Assembly (NCBI GenBank): GCA_963700035.1
Contig: CAVOWE010000026.1
Location: 8,732-72,731 of the forward strand
Reading direction: 5' to 3'
Length of the DNA stretch: 64,000 nt
Source: an uncultured Thermoleophilia bacterium
GTDB lineage: Bacteria > Actinomycetota > Thermoleophilia > UBA2241
Shown here: positions 10,551 to 21,037 of the stretch, piece after piece
Layout of the letters: every line of letters begins with the position of its first letter
Position numbering within the stretch: the stretch's first letter is position 1
Position numbers and translations under genes: made by a program
Notes under the pieces: generated by a model
What the model was told of the DNA's origin: nothing
Databases searched by the model: none
The model's input: the letters and a program-made list of their open reading frames with translations, nothing else

Positions 10551-11129
10551 ATGAAGATCGAGCGCAAGCCGTCCACGGCGCTGCTGCCCACCCCGGTGGT
10601 GTTGCTCAGCGTGGCCGGCCACGGCAAGGAGAAGCCGAACATCATCACCCTGGCCTGGGTGGGCACGGTGTGCTCGGCGCCGCCGATGCTCAGCGTCGCC
10701 ATCCGCCCGTCGCGGCATTCGCACGGCCTCGTGAACGCGGCGCGCGAGTTCGTCGTCAACATCCCGCGCGCCGACCAGGTGGCCGCCGTCGACCTCGCCG
10801 GCGTGTGGTCGGGCGCCGAGCACGACAAGTTCAAGGAGCTCGGGTTCACGGCGCGGCCGGCGAAGCTGGTCGCCGCGCCGCTCATCGAGGAATGCCCCAT
10901 CAACATCGAGTGCGTGGTACGCCACCAGCTCGAGCTCGGCGCCCACGATCTCTACCTCGCCGAGATCGTCGCCACCCACTACGACGAGGAACTGCTGGAC
11001 TCGCGCGGGCGGCTCAAGACGGCGCAGCTCGCCGCCATGGCCTACGTGGACGGCGAGTACTGGTCGCTCGGCGAGCGCCTCGGCAGCTACGGTCAGGCGG
11101 CGAAGGCTCTCAAGGCTCAGAAGAAGTAG
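10551..11129 (+). CDS. Flavin reductase family protein (flavoredoxin/DIM6-NTAB)
   Basis: PTPVVLLSV, NIITLAW..PPML, EFVVNIP, IEECPINIEC, GAHDL; SD AAGGAGG. Confidence 0.9.
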   Translation: MKIERKPSTALLPTPVVLLSVAGHGKEKPNIITLAWVGTVCSAPPMLSVAIRPSRHSHGLVNAAREFVVNIPRADQVAAVDLAGVWSGAEHDKFKELGFTARPAKLVAAPLIEECPINIECVVRHQLELGAHDLYLAEIVATHYDEELLDSRGRLKTAQLAAMAYVDGEYWSLGERLGSYGQAAKALKAQKK

Positions 11130-11138
11130 ACTGGGCTC

Positions 11139-12665
11139 GTGCGCTACTACATCACCACCCCCATCTACTACGTGAACGGCGAGCCCCACCTGGGGCACGC
11201 CTACACGACCATCGCCGCCGACATCCTGGCGCGCTACCACCGCCAGAAAGGCGACGACGTCTTCTTCCTCACCGGCGTCGACGAGCACGGCAACAAGGTG
11301 GCGCAGGCCGCGGCTGAGCGCGGCCTCACGCCGCGGCAGCACGTCGACGAGCTGGCGCCACGCTTCAAGGAGCTCACCCGCCAGCTCAACGCCACCAACG
11401 ACTTCTTCATCCGCACCACCGACCCGGAGCACGAGGCCTACGTGCAGCGCTTCGTCGAGCGGCTCAAGGCCGCCGGCGACATCGAGAAGCGCACGTACGG
11501 CGGCCTCTACTGCACCGCCTGCGAGGGCTTCTGGTACGAGCGCGACCTCGTCGACGGCAAGTGCCCGGATCACGGCCTCGAGCCCGTCTGGCTGGAGGAG
11601 GAGAACTACTACTTCCTGCTGAGCAAGTATCAGGACCGTCTGGCCGAGCTCTTCCGCGCGAACCCCGGCTTCGTGACGCCCAGGTCGCGCTACAACGAGG
11701 CCCTGTCGTTCATCGAGCAGGGCCTCGAGGACATCAGCATCAGCCGCTCCAGCATCACCTGGGGCGTGCCCGTGCCGTGGGACCCCGAGCAGGTCATCTA
11801 CGTGTGGGTCGACGCGCTCATCAACTACCTGTCGGCGCTCACCTACGCGCGCCCCGGCGAGGACCTCGTCGACCACTACTGGCCGGCGGTGCATCACCTG
11901 CTCGCCAAGGACATCCTCAAGTTTCACGCCGTGATCTGGCCGGCGCTGCTCCTGAGCGCCGGCCATTCTCTGCCCACCGGCGAGTTCATCCACGGCTACC
12001 TGCTGATGGGCGGGGAGAAGATGAGCAAGACGCGCGGTAACGTGCTCGACCCGTTCGCCGTGATGGACCAGTACGGCATCGACCCGCTGCGCTTCTACCT
12101 CATGCGCGAGGTCACGCTGGGGCAGGACGGGGTGATCAGCCTCGAGGGCTTCGAGGGCCGCTACAACAGCGAGCTGGCCAACGAGCTCGGCAACCTGGTG
12201 AGCCGCAGCGTGAGCATGATCGGCAAGTACCGAGATGGGAGCATTCCGGCGGCGTCTGCGCATGAGGTGCTGCAGGACGTGGCGGCCGAGGGCGAGGCGA
12301 TGGTGCGCGCCGCCGGCGCGCACTACGACGCCGTCGCGGTCACGGCCGCCATCGAGACCGTGTGGGAGTACGTGCGACGCCTCAACCGTCTGGTCGAGGA
12401 AGAGGCGCCCTGGAAGCTCGCCAAGGACGAGGCGCAGGCCGGCCGCCTCGACACGGTGCTGCACGGGCTGGCGGCCGGCCTGCGCCTCGTCGCGCTGGCC
12501 ATCTGCCCGGTCATCCCGGGCACCGCCGAAGAGATCCTGCGCCGTCTCGGCCAGGCGCACGGCGACGCCGACCTGCTGCTCGAGAAGGCGACCTGGGGCG
12601 GCCTCGCGCCGGCAACGGTGGTCGTTGGCCCGCCGCTCTTCCCGCGCATCGAGGCCGGCGCCTGA
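11139..12665 (+). CDS. metG: Methionine--tRNA ligase (short form, no C-terminal tRNA-binding domain)
   Basis: YITTPIYYVNGEPHLGHAYT (HIGH), KMSKT, IYVWVDALINY; ends LFPRIE. Confidence 0.97.
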   Translation: MRYYITTPIYYVNGEPHLGHAYTTIAADILARYHRQKGDDVFFLTGVDEHGNKVAQAAAERGLTPRQHVDELAPRFKELTRQLNATNDFFIRTTDPEHEAYVQRFVERLKAAGDIEKRTYGGLYCTACEGFWYERDLVDGKCPDHGLEPVWLEEENYYFLLSKYQDRLAELFRANPGFVTPRSRYNEALSFIEQGLEDISISRSSITWGVPVPWDPEQVIYVWVDALINYLSALTYARPGEDLVDHYWPAVHHLLAKDILKFHAVIWPALLLSAGHSLPTGEFIHGYLLMGGEKMSKTRGNVLDPFAVMDQYGIDPLRFYLMREVTLGQDGVISLEGFEGRYNSELANELGNLVSRSVSMIGKYRDGSIPAASAHEVLQDVAAEGEAMVRAAGAHYDAVAVTAAIETVWEYVRRLNRLVEEEAPWKLAKDEAQAGRLDTVLHGLAAGLRLVALAICPVIPGTAEEILRRLGQAHGDADLLLEKATWGGLAPATVVVGPPLFPRIEAGA

Positions 12666-12737
12666 GGCCGTCGCCCGTGCCGCCGTGCCTACGCCGCACC
12701 CTGTCCACCGCGCCCGCGCTCACCACCAGCTGAGTCC

Positions 12738-13502
12738 ATGACCCTCATCGATTCCCACTGCCACCTTGAGATGCTGGCCGACGCCGGCTGGGCCGTGGAG
12801 CAGGCGCGTGCGGCCGGCGTGGAGACCGTCGTCAGCATCGGCATCGACGCGGCCACCTCGAAGCTCGCCGTCGGCTTCGCAGAGCGCCTCGAGGGCGTGT
12901 ACGCGACCGTCGGCCTGCACCCGCACGACGCCGACAAGCTCGACGACGCGCTTCTCGGCGAGCTCGAGGAGCTCGCCGCGCATCCGCGCGTCGTCGCCGT
13001 CGGCGAGTGCGGCCTCGACTTCTACCGCGATCTGTCGCCGCGCGACGCGCAACGCCGGGCTTTCGGCGCCCAGATCGAGCTGGCCCGCCGGGCCGGCCTG
13101 CCGCTCGTCGTCCATGTGCGCGAGGCCGGCGACGAAGCAATGGCTCAGCTGGCCGACGAGGCGAGCGACCTGACCGTGGTCATGCACTGCTTCTCCCTGC
13201 CGCAGTACGTGGACGAGTGCAATACGCGTGGCTACTACGCCAGCTTCGCCGGCAACGTCACCTACAAGAGCGCCGGCGAGCTGCGCGCCGCGGCCGCGCG
13301 CATCCGCGAGGACCGCATCATGCTCGAGACCGACGCGCCGTTCCTCAGCCCGGTGCCCAACCGCGGCAACAGCAACGTGCCGGCCTGGGTCGTGCACACC
13401 GCTGCCGTGGTCGGCGAAGCGCGCGGCTGGGACGCGGAGCGGGTCGCCGAGGTCACGACGGCCAACGCGCGCCGGGTCTTCGGGCTCCTGGAAGGCGGGT
13501 AG
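12738..13502 (+). CDS. tatD: TatD family hydrolase/DNase
   Basis: DSHCHL, GLHPH, VGECGLDF, HVREA, HCFS, LETDAPFL. Confidence 0.95.
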   Translation: MTLIDSHCHLEMLADAGWAVEQARAAGVETVVSIGIDAATSKLAVGFAERLEGVYATVGLHPHDADKLDDALLGELEELAAHPRVVAVGECGLDFYRDLSPRDAQRRAFGAQIELARRAGLPLVVHVREAGDEAMAQLADEASDLTVVMHCFSLPQYVDECNTRGYYASFAGNVTYKSAGELRAAAARIREDRIMLETDAPFLSPVPNRGNSNVPAWVVHTAAVVGEARGWDAERVAEVTTANARRVFGLLEGG

Positions 13503-13505
13503 AGG

Positions 13506-14501
13506 GTGGCCGGACACCCCACAGGCGGCACACGCAGGCCCGGCGGCCGGGTAGGCCGGATCGCCGGGCACAGAGACGGGCAGGCCGCGGGCGACCGCAG
13601 TCGCCCCCCGCGGCCGCACGCCCTGCATCGCTACGGCCAGAACCATCTGGTCGACGGCAACATCCTGCGGGCGATCGTGAAACAGGCGGCCGTGGGCCCC
13701 GACGACGTCGTCCTGGAGGTCGGGGCCGCCGACGGCCAGCTCACGCGGCCGCTCCTCGAGCGGGCGCGGCTCGTGCACGCCTTCGAGATCGACCATCGCT
13801 ATGCGTCGCGGCTGGCGAAGCTGGCCGCGGAGCACCCGAACCTGGCCGTGCACTCCGGCGACGCGCTCAAGCAGGATCTCGCGGGGCTCGACCCGCCACC
13901 GACGGCGCTGGTCGCCAACCTCGCCTACAACATCGCCATCCCGCTGATCATGACCACCATCGCCGGGCTCCCGCAACTGTCGCGCTGGGCGGTGATGGTG
14001 CAGAAGGAGCTGGGCGACCGCCTGTTCGCGGCACCCTCGACGAAGGCCTACGCGGCCGTCTCGGTACTGACGCAGCTCGCCTGTCGCCGCGAGGAGGTCC
14101 GCGCGGTGCCGCCGGCCGCCTTCCGCCCGCAGCCGCGCGTGGAGTCGAGCTTCATCACCTTTGTCCGGCACACAGCCGGCGAGGGTGCGGCCGTCGCCGA
14201 CGGCGAGGCGCCGCCCACCATCGCCGGCGAAGCGCTGCCGATCACGGCGGCCGGGTACGCGGCCATGGATCAGCTGGTGCGGCGCGCCTTCGGCCAGCGC
14301 CGCAAGGTGCTCACCAACACGCTAGCCGGTGCGGCGCGCGCCGGCGTGACGCTGTCGCGCGACGATGTCCTGCGCGCGCTCGAAGAACTCGGGCTGAGTC
14401 CGGCGGCGCGCCCGGAGGAGCTCGCGCCGCCGCAGTGGGTGGCGCTGGCGCGGGCATTGGGGTGGCCCACAGGCGCTGTGGAGGCCGGCGAGGACACATG
14501 A
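13506..14501 (+). CDS. rsmA: 16S rRNA adenine dimethyltransferase
   Basis: GQNHL, VLEVG, FEID, ANLAYNI, MVQKE, FRPQPRVES, AFGQRRK. Confidence 0.92.
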   Translation: MAGHPTGGTRRPGGRVGRIAGHRDGQAAGDRSRPPRPHALHRYGQNHLVDGNILRAIVKQAAVGPDDVVLEVGAADGQLTRPLLERARLVHAFEIDHRYASRLAKLAAEHPNLAVHSGDALKQDLAGLDPPPTALVANLAYNIAIPLIMTTIAGLPQLSRWAVMVQKELGDRLFAAPSTKAYAAVSVLTQLACRREEVRAVPPAAFRPQPRVESSFITFVRHTAGEGAAVADGEAPPTIAGEALPITAAGYAAMDQLVRRAFGQRRKVLTNTLAGAARAGVTLSRDDVLRALEELGLSPAARPEELAPPQWVALARALGWPTGAVEAGEDT

Positions 14502-14529
14502 GGACCGCGGACCGCACGGAGGGCGGGCG

Positions 14530-15438
14530 ATGAGCGCGAGCGGCAACGGGCCCGCGGCGGTGACGGAGGTCATGGCGCCGGCCAAGCTCAATCTCGCGCT
14601 GCTCGTGGGGCCGCCGCGCCCAGACGGCTTTCACGAGGTCGCCTCGCTGATGGTGCCGGTGACGCTCGCCGACCGCGTGGTCGTGGAGCGCACGCCGGGG
14701 GCCGGGCTGGACGTCGTCTGCGACGTGGCGCCCGGCGAACAGAACCTCGCCGCCAAGCTGGTGCGCGAGCTGGAGGCGCGTCTGGAGCGCACCTTCGAGG
14801 TGCGCGTCACCATCGAGAAGCACGTGCCGCACGGCGGCGGCCTCGGCGGCGGCAGCTCCGACGCCGCCGCCACGCTGATCGCCCTCGAGCGGCTGTTCGC
14901 GCTCGAGCTGTCACAGCGGCTGCGCCACGAGGTGGCCGCAGCCGTCGGCTCCGACGTCCCCTTCTTCCTGTGGCCCGGCCCGCAGCTCGTGATGGGGAGG
15001 GGCCAGGTCCTCAAGGAAGTCACGCTTCCCGACCTGCACTTCGTGATCGCCATCCCCGACCTCGGGCTCAGCACGGCCGCCGTGTATCGCTGGCGCGACG
15101 ACGACGCGGAGACGACACTCAAGGAGTTCGCGCCGCAGGCGCGCGCGCTCTCCGCGCGCGTGCAGGCGGCGCAGACCGTCGAGGACGTCGCCGCTCTCAT
15201 CCGCAACGACCTCGAGGCGAGTGTGACGGCGCGCAAGCCGGCGGTGGCCGAGCTGCGCGACCGCCTGACCGCCGGGGGCGCGCTGGCCGCGGCCATGACC
15301 GGCAGCGGCGCGGCGGTCTTCGGTCTCTTCGCGGACGAGGAATCGGCGAGCAGGGCGCGGGCGGCGCTGGCGCCCTCCCGCGCCTGGTGCGTCAGCGATC
15401 TGCAGCCGGCCGCGCCGCGCCGCCCGCGCCCGGGGTGA
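14530..15438 (+). CDS. ispE: 4-diphosphocytidyl-2-C-methyl-D-erythritol kinase
   Basis: APAKLNL, PHGGGLGGGSSDAA, GSDVPFF, MTGSG. Confidence 0.95.
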   Translation: MSASGNGPAAVTEVMAPAKLNLALLVGPPRPDGFHEVASLMVPVTLADRVVVERTPGAGLDVVCDVAPGEQNLAAKLVRELEARLERTFEVRVTIEKHVPHGGGLGGGSSDAAATLIALERLFALELSQRLRHEVAAAVGSDVPFFLWPGPQLVMGRGQVLKEVTLPDLHFVIAIPDLGLSTAAVYRWRDDDAETTLKEFAPQARALSARVQAAQTVEDVAALIRNDLEASVTARKPAVAELRDRLTAGGALAAAMTGSGAAVFGLFADEESASRARAALAPSRAWCVSDLQPAAPRRPRPG

Positions 15439-15444
15439 TACAAT
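15436..15444 (+). promoter_or_regulatory. Extended -10 (TGn-TACAAT) upstream of tRNA-Gln/glmU
   Basis: TGATACAAT about 58 nt before the tRNA. Confidence 0.55.
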
Positions 15445-15502
15445 ATCGTGCCGCTTTGCGGCGGGCGGCGCGGCGCGCTGCGGCGCTCCGGCCGTCCGGC
15501 GC

Positions 15503-15577
15503 TGGGGCGTAGCCAAGTGGTAAGGCACCGGGTTTTGGTCCCGGCATCCGGAGGTTCGAATCCTCCCGCCCCAGCCA
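15503..15577 (+). tRNA. tRNA-Gln (UUG)
   Basis: TGGGGCG acceptor stem / CGCCCCAG-CCA, D-loop AAGTGGTAA, anticodon stem CCGGG-TTTTGGT-CCCGG, T-arm GGTTCGAATCC; typical position before glmU. Confidence 0.97.
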
Positions 15578-15630
15578 CTTCCAGACGCGCGGACGGCACC
15601 CGCGACCACCACTCCCGTCAGGTGGGACAC

Positions 15631-17043
15631 ATGACAGACAGATCAACTGGCAAGCGCCCGCCGCTGGCCGTCGTGATCCTCGCGGCCGGCCTCGGTACGC
15701 GCATGAAGTCCGACACCCCCAAGGTCCTGCACGAGGTGTGCGGCAGGCCCATGCTCGCCTATGTCATCGACGCCGCACTCAGCATCTCTCCGGAGCGCGT
15801 GGTCGTCGTAACGGGGCCCGACCACGAACAGATCGCCGAGATCCTGCCCGTGGGGTGCGAGCGCGCCGTGCAGGAGGAGCGAAACGGCACCGGCGACGCC
15901 GTGCGCGCCGGCCTCGAGCCGCTGGCCGGCTTCGAGGGCGATGTGATGGTGCTCTACGGTGACGTGCCGCTGGTGCACGGCGACTTCGTCGCCGGCCTCT
16001 TCCAGCGGCATCTCGAGGCCGACGCCGCGGCCACGCTCACCACGGTGCGCCTCGACGACCCCGCCCACTATGGGCGCATCGTGCGCGACGCCGACGAGTG
16101 CGTGGCACGCATCGTCGAGTTCAAGGATGCTTCGCGCGACGAGCGCGAGATCGAAGAGATCAACGTGGGCCTCTACGTGTTCCGCAGCGACGCGCTACGC
16201 CCGGCGCTGGCGCGGCTGGGCAGCGACAACTCGCAGGGCGAGCTGTACCTCACCGACGTCGTGCACCTGCTCATCGACGCCCAGCACACCGTCGCCACCT
16301 TCGAGAGCGACGACGAGGAGATGTGCATGGGCGTCAACTCGCGCGTCGAGCTGGCCCTCGTCAACGCCGCCATGCGCTGGCGGCTGCTGGAGCGTCTCAT
16401 GCTCGCCGGCGTCACCGTCGAGGATCCCGACACGACGTTCGTGGACTGGGGCGTCGAGGTCGGGCGCGACACGCTCATCCGCGCCAACACGCACCTTCTC
16501 GGACGCACCACCGTGGGCGCCGCCAGCGAGATCGGCCCCGGTTCGTTCCTCAGCGACGCCTTCGTCGGCGACCGCGCCCGCGTGATCAGCTCGCACCTCT
16601 ACGAGTGCGTCATCAGTTCGGGCTGCAGCGTCGGGCCGTTCGCCTACATCCGTCCCAACACGGTGCTCGCCGAGGGCGCCAAGGCCGGCACCTTCGTCGA
16701 GATCAAGAACAGCCGCATCGGCGAGGGCAGCAAGGTGCCGCATCTCAGCTACGTGGGCGACGCCATCGTCGGGCGTGGCAGCAACATCGCGGCCGGCAAC
16801 ATCACCGCCAACTACGACGGCTACGAGAAACACGCCACGACCATCGGCGACAACGTGCGCACCGGCAGCGACACGACGATCGTGGCGCCGGTCGCCATCG
16901 GCGACGGCGCCTTCACCGCCGCCGGGTCGGTGATCACCCGCGACGTGCCGCCGGGCGCCCTTGGCGTGTCACGCGGCAAACAGGAGAACATCGAAGGCTA
17001 CGCGCGAGCGCCGCGCCGCCCGGCGGCTGACGGAGCAGGCTGA
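15631..17043 (+). CDS. glmU: Bifunctional UDP-GlcNAc pyrophosphorylase / glucosamine-1-P acetyltransferase
   Basis: VILAAGLGTRMKS..PKVLH, YGDVP, ELYLTD, GVNSR, hexapeptide repeats, HLSYVGDA, NYDG. Confidence 0.96.
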   Translation: MTDRSTGKRPPLAVVILAAGLGTRMKSDTPKVLHEVCGRPMLAYVIDAALSISPERVVVVTGPDHEQIAEILPVGCERAVQEERNGTGDAVRAGLEPLAGFEGDVMVLYGDVPLVHGDFVAGLFQRHLEADAAATLTTVRLDDPAHYGRIVRDADECVARIVEFKDASRDEREIEEINVGLYVFRSDALRPALARLGSDNSQGELYLTDVVHLLIDAQHTVATFESDDEEMCMGVNSRVELALVNAAMRWRLLERLMLAGVTVEDPDTTFVDWGVEVGRDTLIRANTHLLGRTTVGAASEIGPGSFLSDAFVGDRARVISSHLYECVISSGCSVGPFAYIRPNTVLAEGAKAGTFVEIKNSRIGEGSKVPHLSYVGDAIVGRGSNIAAGNITANYDGYEKHATTIGDNVRTGSDTTIVAPVAIGDGAFTAAGSVITRDVPPGALGVSRGKQENIEGYARAPRRPAADGAG

Positions 17044-17180
17044 AGAGGACGCCCATCAGCCGCCGCAGGTGGGCTAACGAGGGGGGCACCGTAGGTGCAC
17101 CGCTCTTTCAGCCCTTCAGGCCGGGCGTCCCCCGTCTGGTACAATCTCGTTTCGGCCGGAAGCCCATCAAGGAAGGGGAC

Positions 17181-18179
17181 GTGGTGGCTGATACTTCCTG
17201 CTGTGTGACCTCCTCGCAGAAGCGCCTCATGGTCTTCTCGGGGCGCAGCAACCCCGTGCTCAGCGAGAAGATCGCCGAGAAGCTGGGCATCAACCTGGGC
17301 GGCGTGCTGCTCAGGACCTTCGCCAACGGCGAGATCTACGCGCGCTACGACGAGAGCATCCGGGGGGCCGACGCCTTCATCGTCCAGTCGCCCAAGGACC
17401 GGCTCAACGACGAGGTCATGGAACTGCTCATCATGATCCAGGCGGCGCAGCTCGCCTCCGCGCGGCGCATCACCGCGGTCATGCCGTACTACCCGTACTC
17501 CCGGCAGGACAAGAAGAGCGCCGCCCGCGAGCCCATCACCGCGCGCCTCATCGCCACCTTGCTCGAGGCGGCGCGCGTCGACCGCGTGCTCTCCATGGAC
17601 CTTCATCAGGGCCAGATCCAGGGCTTCTTCGAGATCCCCGTCGACCACATGACGGCTGTGCCCATGCTGGCCGACTATTTTCGCTACAAGGACTTCGGCG
17701 ACACGCCGCTCGTGGCCGTCTCGGCCGACGCCGGCGGCGTCAAGCTCGCGAAGCGCTTCATCAGCCGCCTGCCCGGCACCGGCCTCGCCGTACTCACCAA
17801 GATGCGTCCCGAGCATAACCGCGCCGAGACCATGCACTTCATCGGCGACGTGCGCGACAAGATCGCCGTCATCGTCGACGACCTGATCGACACGGCGGGG
17901 TCCATCACCGCCGCGGTCGATACGCTCTACGAGAACGGCGCCAAGGAGGTCTACGTCACGGCCACGCATGGCATCTTCAGCGGGTCCGCCTTCGAGCGCA
18001 TCCGCGAGTCGCCGGTCAAAGAGGTCGTGGTCACCGATACGCTGCACCTGGAGATCGGCCCGGAGGACACCAAGGTCAAGGTCCTCAGCGTCGCCGACAT
18101 CCTTGCCCGCACCATCAAGAACGTGTTCGAGGACGAGTCGGTGAGCGAGCTGTTCGCCGGCGAGAATCAGCTTTTCTAG
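17181..18179 (+). CDS. prs: Ribose-phosphate pyrophosphokinase
   Basis: FANGE, PYYPYSRQDK, DLHQGQIQGFF, VDDLIDTAGS; extended -10 TGGTACAAT at 17137. Confidence 0.97.
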   Translation: MVADTSCCVTSSQKRLMVFSGRSNPVLSEKIAEKLGINLGGVLLRTFANGEIYARYDESIRGADAFIVQSPKDRLNDEVMELLIMIQAAQLASARRITAVMPYYPYSRQDKKSAAREPITARLIATLLEAARVDRVLSMDLHQGQIQGFFEIPVDHMTAVPMLADYFRYKDFGDTPLVAVSADAGGVKLAKRFISRLPGTGLAVLTKMRPEHNRAETMHFIGDVRDKIAVIVDDLIDTAGSITAAVDTLYENGAKEVYVTATHGIFSGSAFERIRESPVKEVVVTDTLHLEIGPEDTKVKVLSVADILARTIKNVFEDESVSELFAGENQLF

Positions 18180-18192
18180 CAGGAGACGACCA

Positions 18193-18858
18193 ATGGACAA
18201 AGTCAGCATCGTCGTGCAACCGCGCGATGTCACCGGCAGCCGCGCCGCCCGGCGCCTGCGCAAGGCCGGGCTCATCCCCGGCGTGCTGTACGGCCACGGC
18301 AAAGAGGCGACCAAGATCGCCGTCGATCCGCACGTGCTGCGCGCCGCCCTCTCCACGGGCGCCGGCACGCACGCCGTCCTCGCTGTCACCGTCGAGGGCC
18401 ACAAACGCGCCCACAACGCCATCATCAAGGAGATGGAGCTCGACCCCGTCAAGAGCACGCTCACGCACATCGACCTCCAGGAGATCCGCCTCGACGAGAC
18501 CATCGAGACCACGGTGGCCGTGAGCTTCGAGGGCGAGGCCAAGGGCGTCAAGGCCGGCGGCATGCTCGACGAGTCCACCCGCGAGGTGACCGTCAAGGGC
18601 CTCGTCACGGCGATCCCCGAGCACCTCGTGCTCGACATCAGCGAGATGGACATCAACGACACCGCCAAGGTCGGCGACCTGGTGGCGCCCGAGGGCATCG
18701 AGATCGTCGACGACCCCGAACAGGTGCTGTGCTCGGTGCTGCCGCCGCGCAAGGTCGAGGAAGAGGCCGAGGAAGGCGTCGCCGAGGTCACGGAGGGCGC
18801 TGCCGAGGTCGAGCCCGAGATCGTCGGCAAGGGCGAGAAGGAGGAGGCGGCGGACTGA
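18193..18858 (+). CDS. rplY: 50S ribosomal protein bL25/Ctc
   Basis: ARRLRKAGLIPGVLYG, HIDL, GVKAGG, IPE; acidic tail. Confidence 0.95.
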   Translation: MDKVSIVVQPRDVTGSRAARRLRKAGLIPGVLYGHGKEATKIAVDPHVLRAALSTGAGTHAVLAVTVEGHKRAHNAIIKEMELDPVKSTLTHIDLQEIRLDETIETTVAVSFEGEAKGVKAGGMLDESTREVTVKGLVTAIPEHLVLDISEMDINDTAKVGDLVAPEGIEIVDDPEQVLCSVLPPRKVEEEAEEGVAEVTEGAAEVEPEIVGKGEKEEAAD

Positions 18859-18896
18859 CCGCCACCTCACGGCGGGTCGCCTGACCGGCAGGCATC

Positions 18897-19496
18897 ATGG
18901 CCATCTTTCGCCCGCAACGCAGCGTTGAGTATCTGATCGTCGGCCTGGGGAATCCCGGGCCGACGTACGAGGGCACCCGCCACAACGTGGGCTACCAGGT
19001 GGTCGAGGAGCTGGCGCGCCGCCACGCGTTTCCCAAGGCCAGACGCGGCTTCGACGGCCGCTGCGCCGAAGGCGCCATCGGCGGCCGTCCCGTCCTCCTG
19101 CTGCAGCCCACGACCTTCATGAACGACTCGGGCCGCAGCGTGGCCGCCGCTCTTCGTGCTCTCAGGCTGCCGCTCGAGCGGGTGCTGGTCGTGCACGACC
19201 ACATCGACCTGCCGTTCGGCCGCCTGCGGCTCGTGGAGGGCGGCGGCAGCGGCGGCCACAACGGCCTCAAGAGCATCACCGGGCTGCTCGGGCCGGGCTA
19301 CCCGCGCCTGCGTGTGGGCGTGGACCGGCCGGCGAGCTACGACCCGGACGTCGTCGCCGACTACGTGCTCAGCCGGTTCGGCGAGAGCGGGGCCGAGGTG
19401 GCCGAGCTCGTGGGTACCTCGGCCGACGCCGTGGAGCTATGGCTGCACGACGGCCTGGAGGTAGCTGCCAACCGGGTGAACGGCCTCGAACGCTGA
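18897..19496 (+). CDS. pth: Peptidyl-tRNA hydrolase
   Basis: LIVGLGNPG..TRHNVG, PTTFMNDSG, GGHNGLKSI, DYVL. Confidence 0.96.
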   Translation: MAIFRPQRSVEYLIVGLGNPGPTYEGTRHNVGYQVVEELARRHAFPKARRGFDGRCAEGAIGGRPVLLLQPTTFMNDSGRSVAAALRALRLPLERVLVVHDHIDLPFGRLRLVEGGGSGGHNGLKSITGLLGPGYPRLRVGVDRPASYDPDVVADYVLSRFGESGAEVAELVGTSADAVELWLHDGLEVAANRVNGLER

Positions 19497-20814
19497 CGGA
19501 GGGTGCTGGCGCAGCACCGGCGTGACGCGGATCTGGCGGGTCCCCGGGAGGCTGGCCGCCGCCAGCGCCTCGACGATGTCGTCCTGGGCGGCGGTGGCGT
19601 GGTACCAGTCCACCGAGTCTCCGTTGACCAGGAGTCGCGTAGCCCACCAGCCGGTCGTTGGCGCTCGTCACGTACCCCGACAGGCAGACCGCGACGTTGA
19701 GCGTGCCCGTCTTGGCGTGCGCGTTGCCGGCCGCGGCCGTGCCGCGCATGCGGTCCTCCAGCGTCCCATCTTCGCCGGCGATGGCCAGGGCGTCGTAGTA
19801 GTCGTCGAAGTCAGGCCGCTGGCGGGCCCCGCCGAGGACGCGCACGAGGTCTCTGGCGGTGAGCCGGTCCTCGTAGCTCAGGCCGGAGCCGTCGAGCAGG
19901 CGGTACGAGGCCCGGTCCAGTCCGATGGCGTCGAGGGTGGCGCGCGACACCTCGAGGCCGGCCTGCGTGCTCCCCTCGTCGGAGAAGTCCTTGCCGAGTC
20001 CTTTGAGCAGGATCTCGGCAAAGAAGTTGTCGCTGTGCTTGTCCATGCGCTTGAGCAATTTGCTCAGGGGTGCCGAGAACTGCTGCTGGAGCAGCCGGGC
20101 CGTGTCGGGGACCTTGCCCGTGCCGGGCTTGCCGGAGACCTTGATGCCTTTGGCGCGCAGGGTCGCGGTGAGAAGCCTGGCCGCGTACGTGGCCGGGTCC
20201 TTCACGCGGTTTCCCTCGTCGAGGCTCTCGTTGCCCGAGAGCGCCGAGAGCGGCCCGCACTCGAGCTGCAGGCCCGGTCTCCACGACGGGCCGGTGCGTA
20301 TCTGGTCGAACCAGCTCTCGTCACCGAGCACATGGCCCTGGACCTTGCGGACCTTGAGCGTGCGCAGGCGCTTCGCGAACGTCTCGAACGACGCCGTGGC
20401 GAGGTGCAGCACCTTGCGCTGGTACGCGAGCGTGGACAGGCTGGGGTCGCCGAAGCCCTTGAGATACAGGTTGCCATAGACGACGCCGTCGTAGACGGGC
20501 ACGTCGGGTCCGTACAGCTCGGTCTTGAAGCGGTGTTGTGGCCCCCAGCTGTCGAGGGCCGCGGAGGTCGTGACGAGCTTCACGTTGGAGGCGGGGACCA
20601 GGGGGGTATCGGCGTGGGTCGCGAAGACCTGCCGGGCGGCGTCGAAGTCCCAGACGTACACGCCGGTGCGGCTTCCGGCGACGTCGTGCTTCTGCAAGAC
20701 GGTGGAGATCGCTGAGGAGACGCTTGCCGCGGCGGGCGCCGGCCGCAGTCCGGCGCCCGCCGCGGCAAGCGCGACGAAGCACAGCACCGCCGCCGCGAAC
20801 CGCCGGCGCTTCAA
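19437..20814 (-). CDS. dacB: D-Ala-D-Ala carboxypeptidase/endopeptidase (PBP4, peptidase S13); frameshift near 19640
   Basis: Signal peptide, PASNVK (SxxK), GDP, SDN, DGSGLS, AKTGTL; C-terminus in the shifted frame ends TAG 19437-19439, overlapping the pth 3' end. Confidence 0.9.
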
Positions 20815-21037
20815 GGTGAGCCTCCCATCCTGGCGACCATCCTACGTCGAGCCGAGCCTTCGACGGAAACGCGGGCGGCGCACAGGCGCGGCTGAGACCC
20901 GCCGGCGGCGTCGACGCGCCGGCGGCCGGCGTTCGGGTACAATCTCGGGCGGCCGCCCCGTCGCCAACGAGCTGGGGGACCGGCTCGGATGTCGAAGACC
21001 AGGCGCACGGGGCTTTCGGCGTGCGCGAAAGGACCCT